DNA from: an uncultured virus (IMG/VR IMGVR_UViG_3300020043_002236)
Lineage: Duplodnaviria > Heunggongvirae > Uroviricota > Caudoviricetes > Crassvirales
Virus record (IMG/VR): IMGVR_UViG_3300020043_002236
Span: 44,054 to 64,053 of that record
Strand: one strand, 5' to 3'
Length of the DNA: 20,000 nt
Positions within the stretch are counted from its first letter, which is position 1; each line of letters begins with the position of its first letter. The notes beneath the pieces were generated by a model. The model saw only the letters and a list, made by a program, of their open reading frames with translations, was not told the DNA's origin and did no database searches. Below are positions 1 through 7,981 of this stretch, in pieces. Both the position numbers and the translations under genes were made by a program.

Positions 1-4
1 AGAT

Positions 5-3000
5 ATGGTTGTGTCATTTAATACTGATAAGAAATTATTAAAGTATCACGTTGTATCTGAGGACGTGCTTAACTTTAATTCAGAGTACTTAGTTACCGGT
101 ATAAACTTAATAGATAATTTATTGTTTTGGACTGATAATTTAAATCCTCCAAGAAAAATAAATGTAACCAGAAACTATCCCGAGCCAATAGCTGGAATAG
201 ATCAAATTGATGAGAGTGATATATCTGTGATAGTTGCTCCTCCATCATCAGCTCCTGATATTACACTTGCATTTGTTCCAGACGAAGAGAACTATATAAC
301 TGATAAGTTTATATCATTTGCTTATAGATATAAGTACAAGGATGGAGAGTATAGCGCTCTTTCTCAGTTTAGTGAAATAGCCTTTGAACCTGGTAATTTT
401 AGTATAGATTATTCTACATTTGAAAATGCCGGAATGGAAAATATATTCAATTCGGTTAATATTAATTTCAATACTGGTAGTAAGAATGTAGTAGGTATTG
501 ATATTTGCTTTAAATTTTCTGATTCTAACATTATAAATGTTGTAGAAAAGTATAATAAAAATCAAGAAGGATGGTTTGATAATTCCATTCAACAAATATC
601 ATTTACCAATAAAAAAATATACACTACTCTAACAGAGAGTGAATTGCTTCGTCTTTTTGATAATGTTCCTAGATTAGCTAAAGCCCAGACAACAATGGGT
701 AATAGATTAATGTATGGTAACTATGTAGACGGATATAATATAGAAGATAACAACGGAAATGCAATAGATATTGATTACGACTTAAGTTTAATATCTGAAG
801 ACGTAGGTTTCGTTGAGTTACCTGTTGATTTAACCGATGGAACAGTATACACTATAGATTCATCAACTCCTAAAACAGTTAATAACTCTCAGTTTAATAT
901 AGATCTATCAGGTATATCATTAACTAGTGGATCTTACATTTCAATAAATATAAATCTACAACACGATTCTTATTCAGGTGACGCTTCTTACACTGACGCG
1001 CCTGAAAATAGTTTTGAGTATGATTTTGTTTTTAATATACAAAAAGATTATGGAAGTGTTCATGAGTTAGCCACTAGTCAGGAATTTATAGATGCTATAT
1101 CTACTCATGAAGTTTATTCTAATGCCTGTGCTGGAACTTCATTAACAGATTTTTTTAATTGTCAAATAATTACTAAATCCGGATGGAATGAGGTTGGAAG
1201 CGGAATACTGAATATTGATGGTTCATTTGTCATATCTTCATCTCTTGGGTCTGATGTAATAGGAATTCAAATACCAGCTTTAAAGTTTAGTTTTGAAACT
1301 TCACCTGGAATATTTGTTTATGCTTACGAGTATCTTTCAAGCGCAATAATATCATCTAGTTTTTCTGAATTAGGAGCAAAACAAAGTCTGCATAGTAATA
1401 GAGATTATGAAGTTGCAATTGTATATATGGACGAGTACGGTCGTAGCTCTACGGCATTAGTCGATACTAATAACACAGTTTTTGTACCTGCGTATAATTC
1501 AGATAAAAAGAACTATATAAGAGTAAATGTAAATAGTTTAGCTCCAAGCTGGGCTACTAAATATAAGTTTGTAGTAAAACCATCTAAGAGTCAGTACCAA
1601 GTAGTATACTCTAATATTTATTTTCAAGAAGACTCCGGATTTACTTGGTTTAAATTGGAAGGCGACAATAGAAGTAAGGTTCAAGAAAATTCTACTTTAA
1701 TTGTAAAGGCAGATTCAAATGGTGTCCTTAGAAATTTAGTTAAAACAAAGGTTCTAGCATTAGAAGCTAAAGGCAAAGATTTTATTGAAGGGAACAAGAA
1801 TGCGGCTGAGAAAGATATTATAGAGCCTGCTGGATTATATATGAAACTTAAGCCTTCTAACTTCTCTGCTAATTATACTGAGAATTCTTTTATAGACGAA
1901 GGAGAGGTAAGTGAAGGAGGAAGCTACGCTAACTTATCCTATCCATGTTATATAGATAATCCTTTATTTGGAGATCCTGGAGAGTTAGAGTTTATGCCTT
2001 ATGACGTGCCTGCTGGAAGTTTAATAAATATAAACTTTAAAGTTACTAGAGCTTCTAGAGGAAGTGATTGTGGAGAAAGAACATACACTTTTGATAAATC
2101 ATTTACAGCCTCTCAAGATTATGAGAGTTTGTTTGCATTTATAATTGGAGATCATATTGACTTAACTTCTGGTAATTCAACCGGAGGTGACACTACTGTT
2201 AATGAAAACTATTTTAAAGATACCATAACAAGTCCTTATACTGGAGATATACCAGCTATACCAGGGACCAATCAGTATGAGTTTCAAGAAGACACTACTA
2301 ATGGTAGATTATTCTTTGTAATGAAAAGTGGTACTCCAAATTGTGGCGGAGTAGACAGAAGAGTTTCAAGAGTTTTTTGTCATATTCAAGTTCAGAGAGC
2401 AGAATCTATAATGGTATTCGAAACTGAAGCTGCCGAAGCAAACGGAGAGACTTACTTCGAAGGAAGTGAATCATTCAATATTATTGACGGATATCATCAA
2501 GGTAACGTAACTAATCAATCTATATCTAGTCCATTTGCGACTGTAGATTTAAACTTTTTTGATTGCTTCACATTTGGTAATGGAGTTGAAAGTTACAAAA
2601 TAGGAGACTCATTAACTGGAGCTCCATTCTATCTTGGAAGCAGAGTTACTGCTGTATCTCAAGAAGATTTTAAGGAGGCTCACAGATACGCCGGAATAAC
2701 ATATAGTGGAATATACAATGAAGAAACTAACGTTAATAAGTTAAATGAATTTAACTTAGCGCTAGCTAATTTTAAAGATTGTGAAAAATCATTTGGACCG
2801 ATTAACATACTTCACGGAAGAAAAACAGATGTTTTAACTCTTCAAGAAGATAAGATATCATATGTGCTAGCAGGTAAGAATTTACTTTCTGATGCAGCTG
2901 GAGGAGGAGCTATTACATCTGTACCTGAAGTTCTTGGTACACAAATATCTAGAATTGAAGAGTTCGGTATAAGTAGCGATGCTGCTAGTTTTGCCGCATG

Positions 3001-4096
3001 GGGAGAGGATATATATTTTACTGATACTAAGAGGACATCTGTAATAAATTTAAAAGGAGGATCTACTCAGGCAGATGCGTTAGTTCCTATATCTAAACTA
3101 GGAATGAACGGTTGGTTTAGAAGTGAATTTAAAGATAAAGTAAACTATCAAAAATTAGGAGGTTATGATCCATACTTAAAAGAGTACGTGTTGTCTATAA
3201 CTGATAACAAATTACCAACCCCTATAGATGTTTTAGAGTGTGGATTTACTATATCTCAGGACACTGCAAATAATGAATTATTATTTAATTTAGAATTTGG
3301 AAACGTAATTGGAGAGGCTTCTTTTGATTATAACTTTGAAAACGGATCAGCAAATGTTGAGGTATCTTATGACGGTATTGTAGTTATAAACGAAGTGGTA
3401 TCTGGAGCTGGAACGTTAACATTTGATAAATCAAAAATAAACCCTACATTTGCAACAGTTACAATTACTCCAGATGAGGCTACTTATATTCTTATATCTA
3501 ATTGTACTGTAGCAGATCCTATAACAGTTATTAGAGTGGTAATAAACTCTCCATCTAACGAAGGAGAAACTATTCACAATAACTATAACTGGACATTAGA
3601 TGGATATACAAGTCCAACTAATATCGACTTTGTACTACTAGAAAGTGACGGATTGTCGTTGTACGATTCTAATACTAATCAACCTTCAGTAGGAGTTATT
3701 CCTGCTATAGGAAGTACGATAAAAGTTCAATCTGAGAAATACATTACAGATACATTTAATTTTGATCCTTTAGCTAATTCATTTAAGTATTTAGTTTCTA
3801 ATACATTATATACTGATTTAGACATAGACATACTAAGACCGTTATTAACAGAAGCTACACCAATAGTTAATCCTGTTACAGGGAAGTACCAAGCTTCATT
3901 TGTTTATAATAACCCTAGTGGATATCAGTACTTATATTTAGTTTGGGATCTAACAAATGCTTATAGTGTAGATCTATGTTACGACGCTACAGATAGAGTT
4001 GCGGCATGCGAGTTGTGTGGAGATGTTCCTCATTACGCTATTGAGTTGTGTTACGACGCTACGGATAGCGCTTTAGCATGTGACTGTAATGTTTAA
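5..4096 (+). CDS. Tail stabilization/nozzle protein (P22 gp10-like), N-terminal large part; probably 5'-truncated by the window
   Basis: Frame is open to the left edge (GAT at 2-4). Motifs I recognise from phage stabilization proteins: LLFWTDNLNPPRKIN, FAYRYKYKDGEYS, FDNVPRLAKAQTTMGNRLMYGNY, YEVAIVYMDEYGR, GGYDPYLKEYVLS. Beta-rich composition. Confidence 0.75.
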   Translation: MVVSFNTDKKLLKYHVVSEDVLNFNSEYLVTGINLIDNLLFWTDNLNPPRKINVTRNYPEPIAGIDQIDESDISVIVAPPSSAPDITLAFVPDEENYITDKFISFAYRYKYKDGEYSALSQFSEIAFEPGNFSIDYSTFENAGMENIFNSVNINFNTGSKNVVGIDICFKFSDSNIINVVEKYNKNQEGWFDNSIQQISFTNKKIYTTLTESELLRLFDNVPRLAKAQTTMGNRLMYGNYVDGYNIEDNNGNAIDIDYDLSLISEDVGFVELPVDLTDGTVYTIDSSTPKTVNNSQFNIDLSGISLTSGSYISININLQHDSYSGDASYTDAPENSFEYDFVFNIQKDYGSVHELATSQEFIDAISTHEVYSNACAGTSLTDFFNCQIITKSGWNEVGSGILNIDGSFVISSSLGSDVIGIQIPALKFSFETSPGIFVYAYEYLSSAIISSSFSELGAKQSLHSNRDYEVAIVYMDEYGRSSTALVDTNNTVFVPAYNSDKKNYIRVNVNSLAPSWATKYKFVVKPSKSQYQVVYSNIYFQEDSGFTWFKLEGDNRSKVQENSTLIVKADSNGVLRNLVKTKVLALEAKGKDFIEGNKNAAEKDIIEPAGLYMKLKPSNFSANYTENSFIDEGEVSEGGSYANLSYPCYIDNPLFGDPGELEFMPYDVPAGSLININFKVTRASRGSDCGERTYTFDKSFTASQDYESLFAFIIGDHIDLTSGNSTGGDTTVNENYFKDTITSPYTGDIPAIPGTNQYEFQEDTTNGRLFFVMKSGTPNCGGVDRRVSRVFCHIQVQRAESIMVFETEAAEANGETYFEGSESFNIIDGYHQGNVTNQSISSPFATVDLNFFDCFTFGNGVESYKIGDSLTGAPFYLGSRVTAVSQEDFKEAHRYAGITYSGIYNEETNVNKLNEFNLALANFKDCEKSFGPINILHGRKTDVLTLQEDKISYVLAGKNLLSDAAGGGAITSVPEVLGTQISRIEEFGISSDAASFAAWGEDIYFTDTKRTSVINLKGGSTQADALVPISKLGMNGWFRSEFKDKVNYQKLGGYDPYLKEYVLSITDNKLPTPIDVLECGFTISQDTANNELLFNLEFGNVIGEASFDYNFENGSANVEVSYDGIVVINEVVSGAGTLTFDKSKINPTFATVTITPDEATYILISNCTVADPITVIRVVINSPSNEGETIHNNYNWTLDGYTSPTNIDFVLLESDGLSLYDSNTNQPSVGVIPAIGSTIKVQSEKYITDTFNFDPLANSFKYLVSNTLYTDLDIDILRPLLTEATPIVNPVTGKYQASFVYNNPSGYQYLYLVWDLTNAYSVDLCYDATDRVAACELCGDVPHYAIELCYDATDSALACDCNV
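3977..4080 (+). repeat. Two-copy 72-nt (24-aa) tandem repeat encoding LCYDATDxxxAC
   Basis: TGTTACGACGCTAC at 3977-3990 and 4049-4062; GCATG at 4004-4008 and 4076-4080; period 72 nt. Confidence 0.9.
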
Positions 4097-4121
4097 ATAA
4101 ATAAAAAAAAAATAAAAAAAT

Positions 4122-4508
4122 ATGGCGACTAGCGGAACATATTACATAGACACAGCGGATTTTTCAACAGCTACAGCTGTATGGACAGATACCGCACTAA
4201 CAACAAAGGCTCCTGACGGATACTATTCTTTTGGAGGAAATTATAGACAACAGTTCGAAGGATTACTACTTCCTATTGAATCTTGCTCTACTCCTCCTGT
4301 TGATTGCTTTAACTACGAAATGGTAGCGATGAGCGATGGACCAGGATGTGAAGGATATGTTAATTATTCATACACTGATTGCAATGGAATATTACAGATC
4401 GGAGCTAGTTTTTCAACGAGTGTAACTGAGTACGTATGTGCTCAAAGTACCCCTACAATAACTTGCGGATCAGCTTCAATAACTAACTTAGGTGCTTGTT
4501 TAACGTAA
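4122..4508 (+). CDS. Small Cys/Thr-rich virion (tail-associated) protein
   Basis: 128 aa ORF with an A-rich leader. YYID...ATAVWTD...APDGYYS module followed by a Cys-rich C-terminal domain (YSYTDCNG, YVCAQS). Located in the tail module. Confidence 0.65.
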   Translation: MATSGTYYIDTADFSTATAVWTDTALTTKAPDGYYSFGGNYRQQFEGLLLPIESCSTPPVDCFNYEMVAMSDGPGCEGYVNYSYTDCNGILQIGASFSTSVTEYVCAQSTPTITCGSASITNLGACLT

Positions 4509-4509
4509 T

Positions 4510-5256
4510 ATGGAATATACATTATCATTTAGCGAAGACTCAAAGGGATGGACATCGTTCTTTTCATTTATACCTGAGAAAATGATTGGTATGAATTCTT
4601 ATTTCTATACGTTTAAGAATGGAAACCTATATAGACATAATTCTAATGAACTTAGAAATAACTTCTATGGCGTACAGTACAATTCAAAAATAACAGGTGT
4701 ATTTAATATAGAATCTGGATCAGTTAAAAATTTCAAGACCATATCATTAAATAGCGACGACTCTTGGAAGTGTGAGGTTATAACAGACATGGCAACTGGA
4801 TTTGTAGATAAGTCGTACTTTTCTTTAAAAGAAGGCGACTACTTCGCACATATAAGAAGATATGAGAATGATATTGATTTATCAATGAGATCGGCCCAAG
4901 GTATTGGAGGAACTACATTAGTTAACTCTTCGATTCCTTCCGCAACTGTAGTTACATTTCCTTTTAATATAGGAAGTATTATAAGTGTTGGAGATATAGC
5001 GTACAAGAACAACTCAGGATCATTACTAAAGCTAGGTACTATTACAGCGTTGTCAGCAAATTCAATTACCGTAAACACTACTGTAACAGGTGGAAATATC
5101 CCATTGGTATCAGATTATATATTATGTATAAAAAATAGCACAGCTGAGTCGTATGGGGCTACAGGATACTACATGCAGTTTGAATTAGAGAACGATAACA
5201 CATCAAGAGTTGAGTTGTTTTCTGTAGGAAGCAGCATTTTTAAAAGTTACCCTTAA
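4510..5256 (+). CDS. Tail stabilization/nozzle protein, C-terminal part encoded separately
   Basis: Begins YTLSFSEDSKGWTSFFSFIPE...YTFKNGNLYRHN...NNFYG...VKNFKTI...KEGDYFAHI and ends G.YMQFELEN...ELFSV. These resemble the C-terminal region of single-gene stabilization proteins. Confidence 0.7.
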   Translation: MEYTLSFSEDSKGWTSFFSFIPEKMIGMNSYFYTFKNGNLYRHNSNELRNNFYGVQYNSKITGVFNIESGSVKNFKTISLNSDDSWKCEVITDMATGFVDKSYFSLKEGDYFAHIRRYENDIDLSMRSAQGIGGTTLVNSSIPSATVVTFPFNIGSIISVGDIAYKNNSGSLLKLGTITALSANSITVNTTVTGGNIPLVSDYILCIKNSTAESYGATGYYMQFELENDNTSRVELFSVGSSIFKSYP

Positions 5257-5262
5257 ATTTAT

Positions 5263-5270
5263 TATCTTTG
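5263..5270 (+). promoter_or_regulatory. Putative Bacteroidota-type -7 promoter element (TATCTTTG)
   Basis: Exact TAnnTTTG match in the 22-nt intergenic gap before 5279; no clear -33 TTTG at the usual spacing. Confidence 0.5.
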
Positions 5271-5278
5271 TAAAAAAA

Positions 5279-5674
5279 ATGTTTTCCTGTAGAATAGAGA
5301 ATAAGCATGATTTTTACAACACACTATGTGAGTGGTGGACGGACTGGAAGTTTCCAATAATAAACATAGATATGCTACCAAATAATATATTTGTCGTAAG
5401 TAATGATGGAGTTGATTTATATGCGGTACCTGTTTATTTAAGTGATTCTGATGTATGTTGGATAGGGTTTATTACTGGAAACCGATACAGTACCAAAAAC
5501 TTGCGTTCTGGGTCGTTAGGGTTTTTATTAAATTATACAGAACAATACTTAAAGGATTCTGGCAGAAAGTTTATAATGACTGTAAGCGGAACTCCTATAT
5601 TAAAGAAAACATTTACTGATAATGGTTATTTATTGTCAGGAGAAAATATTAACGAATACGTAAAAAAAATATAG
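5279..5674 (+). CDS. Putative GNAT-fold acetyltransferase-like virion assembly protein (positional analogue of T7 gp13)
   Basis: 131 aa. Pattern FVV...YAVPVY...CWIGFIT...LGFLLNYTEQYLKDSGRKFIMT...FTDNGY fits GNAT secondary-structure order. Lies between the tail genes and the ejection genes. Confidence 0.55.
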   Translation: MFSCRIENKHDFYNTLCEWWTDWKFPIINIDMLPNNIFVVSNDGVDLYAVPVYLSDSDVCWIGFITGNRYSTKNLRSGSLGFLLNYTEQYLKDSGRKFIMTVSGTPILKKTFTDNGYLLSGENINEYVKKI

Positions 5675-5676
5675 TT

Positions 5677-6513
5677 ATGGGACAAGCAGCAGCAGGAGCT
5701 ACAGGAGTAGCAAGCGCAGGAGGTGGTTTGGCAGGGGCGGCAAGTGCAGCGATGCCTTGGGTATCACTTGGTTTAGGAGCGGCGAATATAGCTACTGGGC
5801 TAGTTGAGGCTAGTAAGCAAAAAGAACTACAAAGAGCAGCTGATAGAGAGGCTGAAAAAGCAGCGGCAGAACAAGAACGATTATTAGGCCAGAACTTTTT
5901 CGAGGCTTTACAGGTTCCTATGCAAGCATACGATAGAGAGTTTAGAGAAACTACAGCTCAGCAACAACAAGCTATGTCTGCTCTTCAAGAAGGTGATCCT
6001 AGATTATTGCTTGGTGGAGTTGGTAAAGTTCAGGCTGTAGCGGCAGAACAGGAAGCTAAAACAAGAGAGGCGTTAGGTCAAGACTTATTTAATTTAGGTA
6101 AGTTACAAGCAAACGATGCTGGGCAAAATGCTGATCAATTAGCAGCGCTTGAAGGTCAAAGATTAGCTGGAGCACAACAAGCATCAGCAGCAGCAAGAGC
6201 CGCTGCACTACAGCAACAGCAAGGTACATTAGCTGCTGGAGGTAAATTACTAACCGGCCTTACCGGAATGATACCTGAGTATTCTAAAACAGATATAAAT
6301 TCTAACAATACTGATATGTCTACCGTTTTGACACCTTCTGGAATTGTAAGTTCAGGACCTAACGTAGCATCTCAATTACAATCGGCTACATCTGGATCTT
6401 TAAATCCATTATATAAACAATATAGTTGGGGGTCATTAGCAAATCCAAGCATGGAATCTCAATTATTAGGAAGTACTAACAATGTTCTAGCTGGCTTTAG
6501 AATGCCTGGTTAA
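5677..6513 (+). CDS. Putative ejection/internal virion protein (T7 gp14 / P22 gp7-like role)
   Basis: Gly/Ala-rich hydrophobic N-terminus (AMPWVSLGLGAANIATGLV), followed by an Ala/Gln-rich coiled-coil region; position in the module. Confidence 0.65.
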   Translation: MGQAAAGATGVASAGGGLAGAASAAMPWVSLGLGAANIATGLVEASKQKELQRAADREAEKAAAEQERLLGQNFFEALQVPMQAYDREFRETTAQQQQAMSALQEGDPRLLLGGVGKVQAVAAEQEAKTREALGQDLFNLGKLQANDAGQNADQLAALEGQRLAGAQQASAAARAAALQQQQGTLAAGGKLLTGLTGMIPEYSKTDINSNNTDMSTVLTPSGIVSSGPNVASQLQSATSGSLNPLYKQYSWGSLANPSMESQLLGSTNNVLAGFRMPG

Positions 6514-6538
6514 TTAAAAATAAATAAATAAATAAATT
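6514..6538 (+). promoter_or_regulatory. A-rich (AAAT)n translation initiation region without Shine-Dalgarno
   Basis: TTAAAAATAAATAAATAAATAAATT precedes the ATG; similar A-tract at 4097-4121. Bacteroidota genes typically lack SD sequences. Confidence 0.5.
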
Positions 6539-7978
6539 ATGCCGGAATTTTTAGGATACGTAAATCCAGCCAATGTAAAAGCTAACCCAACACTTGATTG
6601 GGGTTCTGTTATTACTGATGTTCAGGATACTATAATACAACAAGAACAGCAACGACAAGCCGCTAGAGATAAACAATCTAAGGAAAACGCAGATCTTAAC
6701 AAGGAGTTAAACAAAATAAGTTTAAGTAGAAGTCAAGATGTTAACGGGTTTTTAACTAATAGCGTTTATAAGGCTAAGGAGATAAATAATGACGCTTACA
6801 AGTTATACACCTCTGGTAAAATAAATGCAAAGCAGTATAACATTATAAAGCAAAACATTAGCACTGGATTTAGTGAATTTGATGCCTTAGGTAAAAGCGT
6901 AGCTAAGATACAAGAGGAGTACGCTAAGTTATCTGAGGAAGGTAAAACTTCATTTTTAGCAGATTACAATATGGGTCAGCTAGGAAATTCTTTAGACTTG
7001 AAAAATAAGATTCCTTACGTTGATCCAGCAACAGGTTTAATGTACGTGGCTCCAATGGACGCTAACGGTAAGGCTGATATGTCAAAGTTAGACAGTCCTA
7101 GATGGATGCTATCTCAGGCCGATATGCCGTTAAAATTTGATTATCTAGCAGAGGCAGATAAGAGATCTAAGGATATAGGAAAGTATGAGTATATACTTAA
7201 AAATCCACCAGCTGGAGGTATATGGACAATTGACAATATTCAATCTAAGCCTGAGTTTAAAAAATTCTTAGATGAAACTGCCGCTTCTATAGCGTCAAAT
7301 CCAACTAAACAGGCCAGTATACTAGGCGATAGAGCTGGCAGTTCTTATACCTTAACTTCAGATCCTAATGCTAAAGATAAGGACAGTATAGTTGTTAAAA
7401 AGGATTTGTCTACAGGTGTTAATATACCTGTTCTTACTGAAGAACAAGTGAAAGAGTCTGAAAATATAGTTAAAAATGCTATACTTGCTAAGATAAATCA
7501 AACCTTAAAACAGCAAGAGGGGACTTGGCATGGATTTGCTCCTAGTAGTGGCGGTGGAAAACCTAAAGACATGAGTAAGGTTCCATTTATTGGAGAACCG
7601 TCTTATATAAACACAAAAGATAGGACTATAGGTAAGGTTGTACCTGTGTCTGGTGTTACTATTAAAAGAGCTCCTGGAGTGGTAGAACAAGTTAATAGGG
7701 TTGGTATTAGTAACGGTAAGTTATTTGTTACGTATACTAAATATAACGGAACTAGCGGATATGAAGACTTTGATTCTGGAAATAGAACCAGTTATAAAAA
7801 TAAAGAAACCGTAACTGTTTATGAAGATAAAGACAGGAATAATATTAACGAAAGACTTCGTTTTGTTGGTGGAGGGTTTGAAAATATTGAATCAGCTAAA
7901 CAAACTTTAGGATTTACTCCTTCAAAAGGCAAAAGCACTGCATCAACAGAAAATCTTAGATCTAAATATAATTACTAA
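6539..7978 (+). CDS. Putative internal virion/ejection protein (second of three)
   Basis: 479 aa; N-terminal DWG motif then Gln-rich coiled coil; sits between the small and giant ejection-type genes. Confidence 0.55.
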   Translation: MPEFLGYVNPANVKANPTLDWGSVITDVQDTIIQQEQQRQAARDKQSKENADLNKELNKISLSRSQDVNGFLTNSVYKAKEINNDAYKLYTSGKINAKQYNIIKQNISTGFSEFDALGKSVAKIQEEYAKLSEEGKTSFLADYNMGQLGNSLDLKNKIPYVDPATGLMYVAPMDANGKADMSKLDSPRWMLSQADMPLKFDYLAEADKRSKDIGKYEYILKNPPAGGIWTIDNIQSKPEFKKFLDETAASIASNPTKQASILGDRAGSSYTLTSDPNAKDKDSIVVKKDLSTGVNIPVLTEEQVKESENIVKNAILAKINQTLKQQEGTWHGFAPSSGGGKPKDMSKVPFIGEPSYINTKDRTIGKVVPVSGVTIKRAPGVVEQVNRVGISNGKLFVTYTKYNGTSGYEDFDSGNRTSYKNKETVTVYEDKDRNNINERLRFVGGGFENIESAKQTLGFTPSKGKSTASTENLRSKYNY

Positions 7979-7981
7979 ATT

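Noticed and set aside
4085..4125. Programmed frameshift fusing the big tail ORF to the 128-aa gene via TTTAAAT or the A-tract
   Set aside because: The heptamer is not in the required frame, the A-tract lies after the stop, and the downstream gene's frame has a TAA at 4098-4100.
6514..6538. (AAAT)n microsatellite as a phase-variation or CRISPR-like repeat
   Set aside because: Only about four units, and adequately explained as an A-rich translation initiation region. No repeat-spacer arrays or tRNA genes were seen anywhere in the window.
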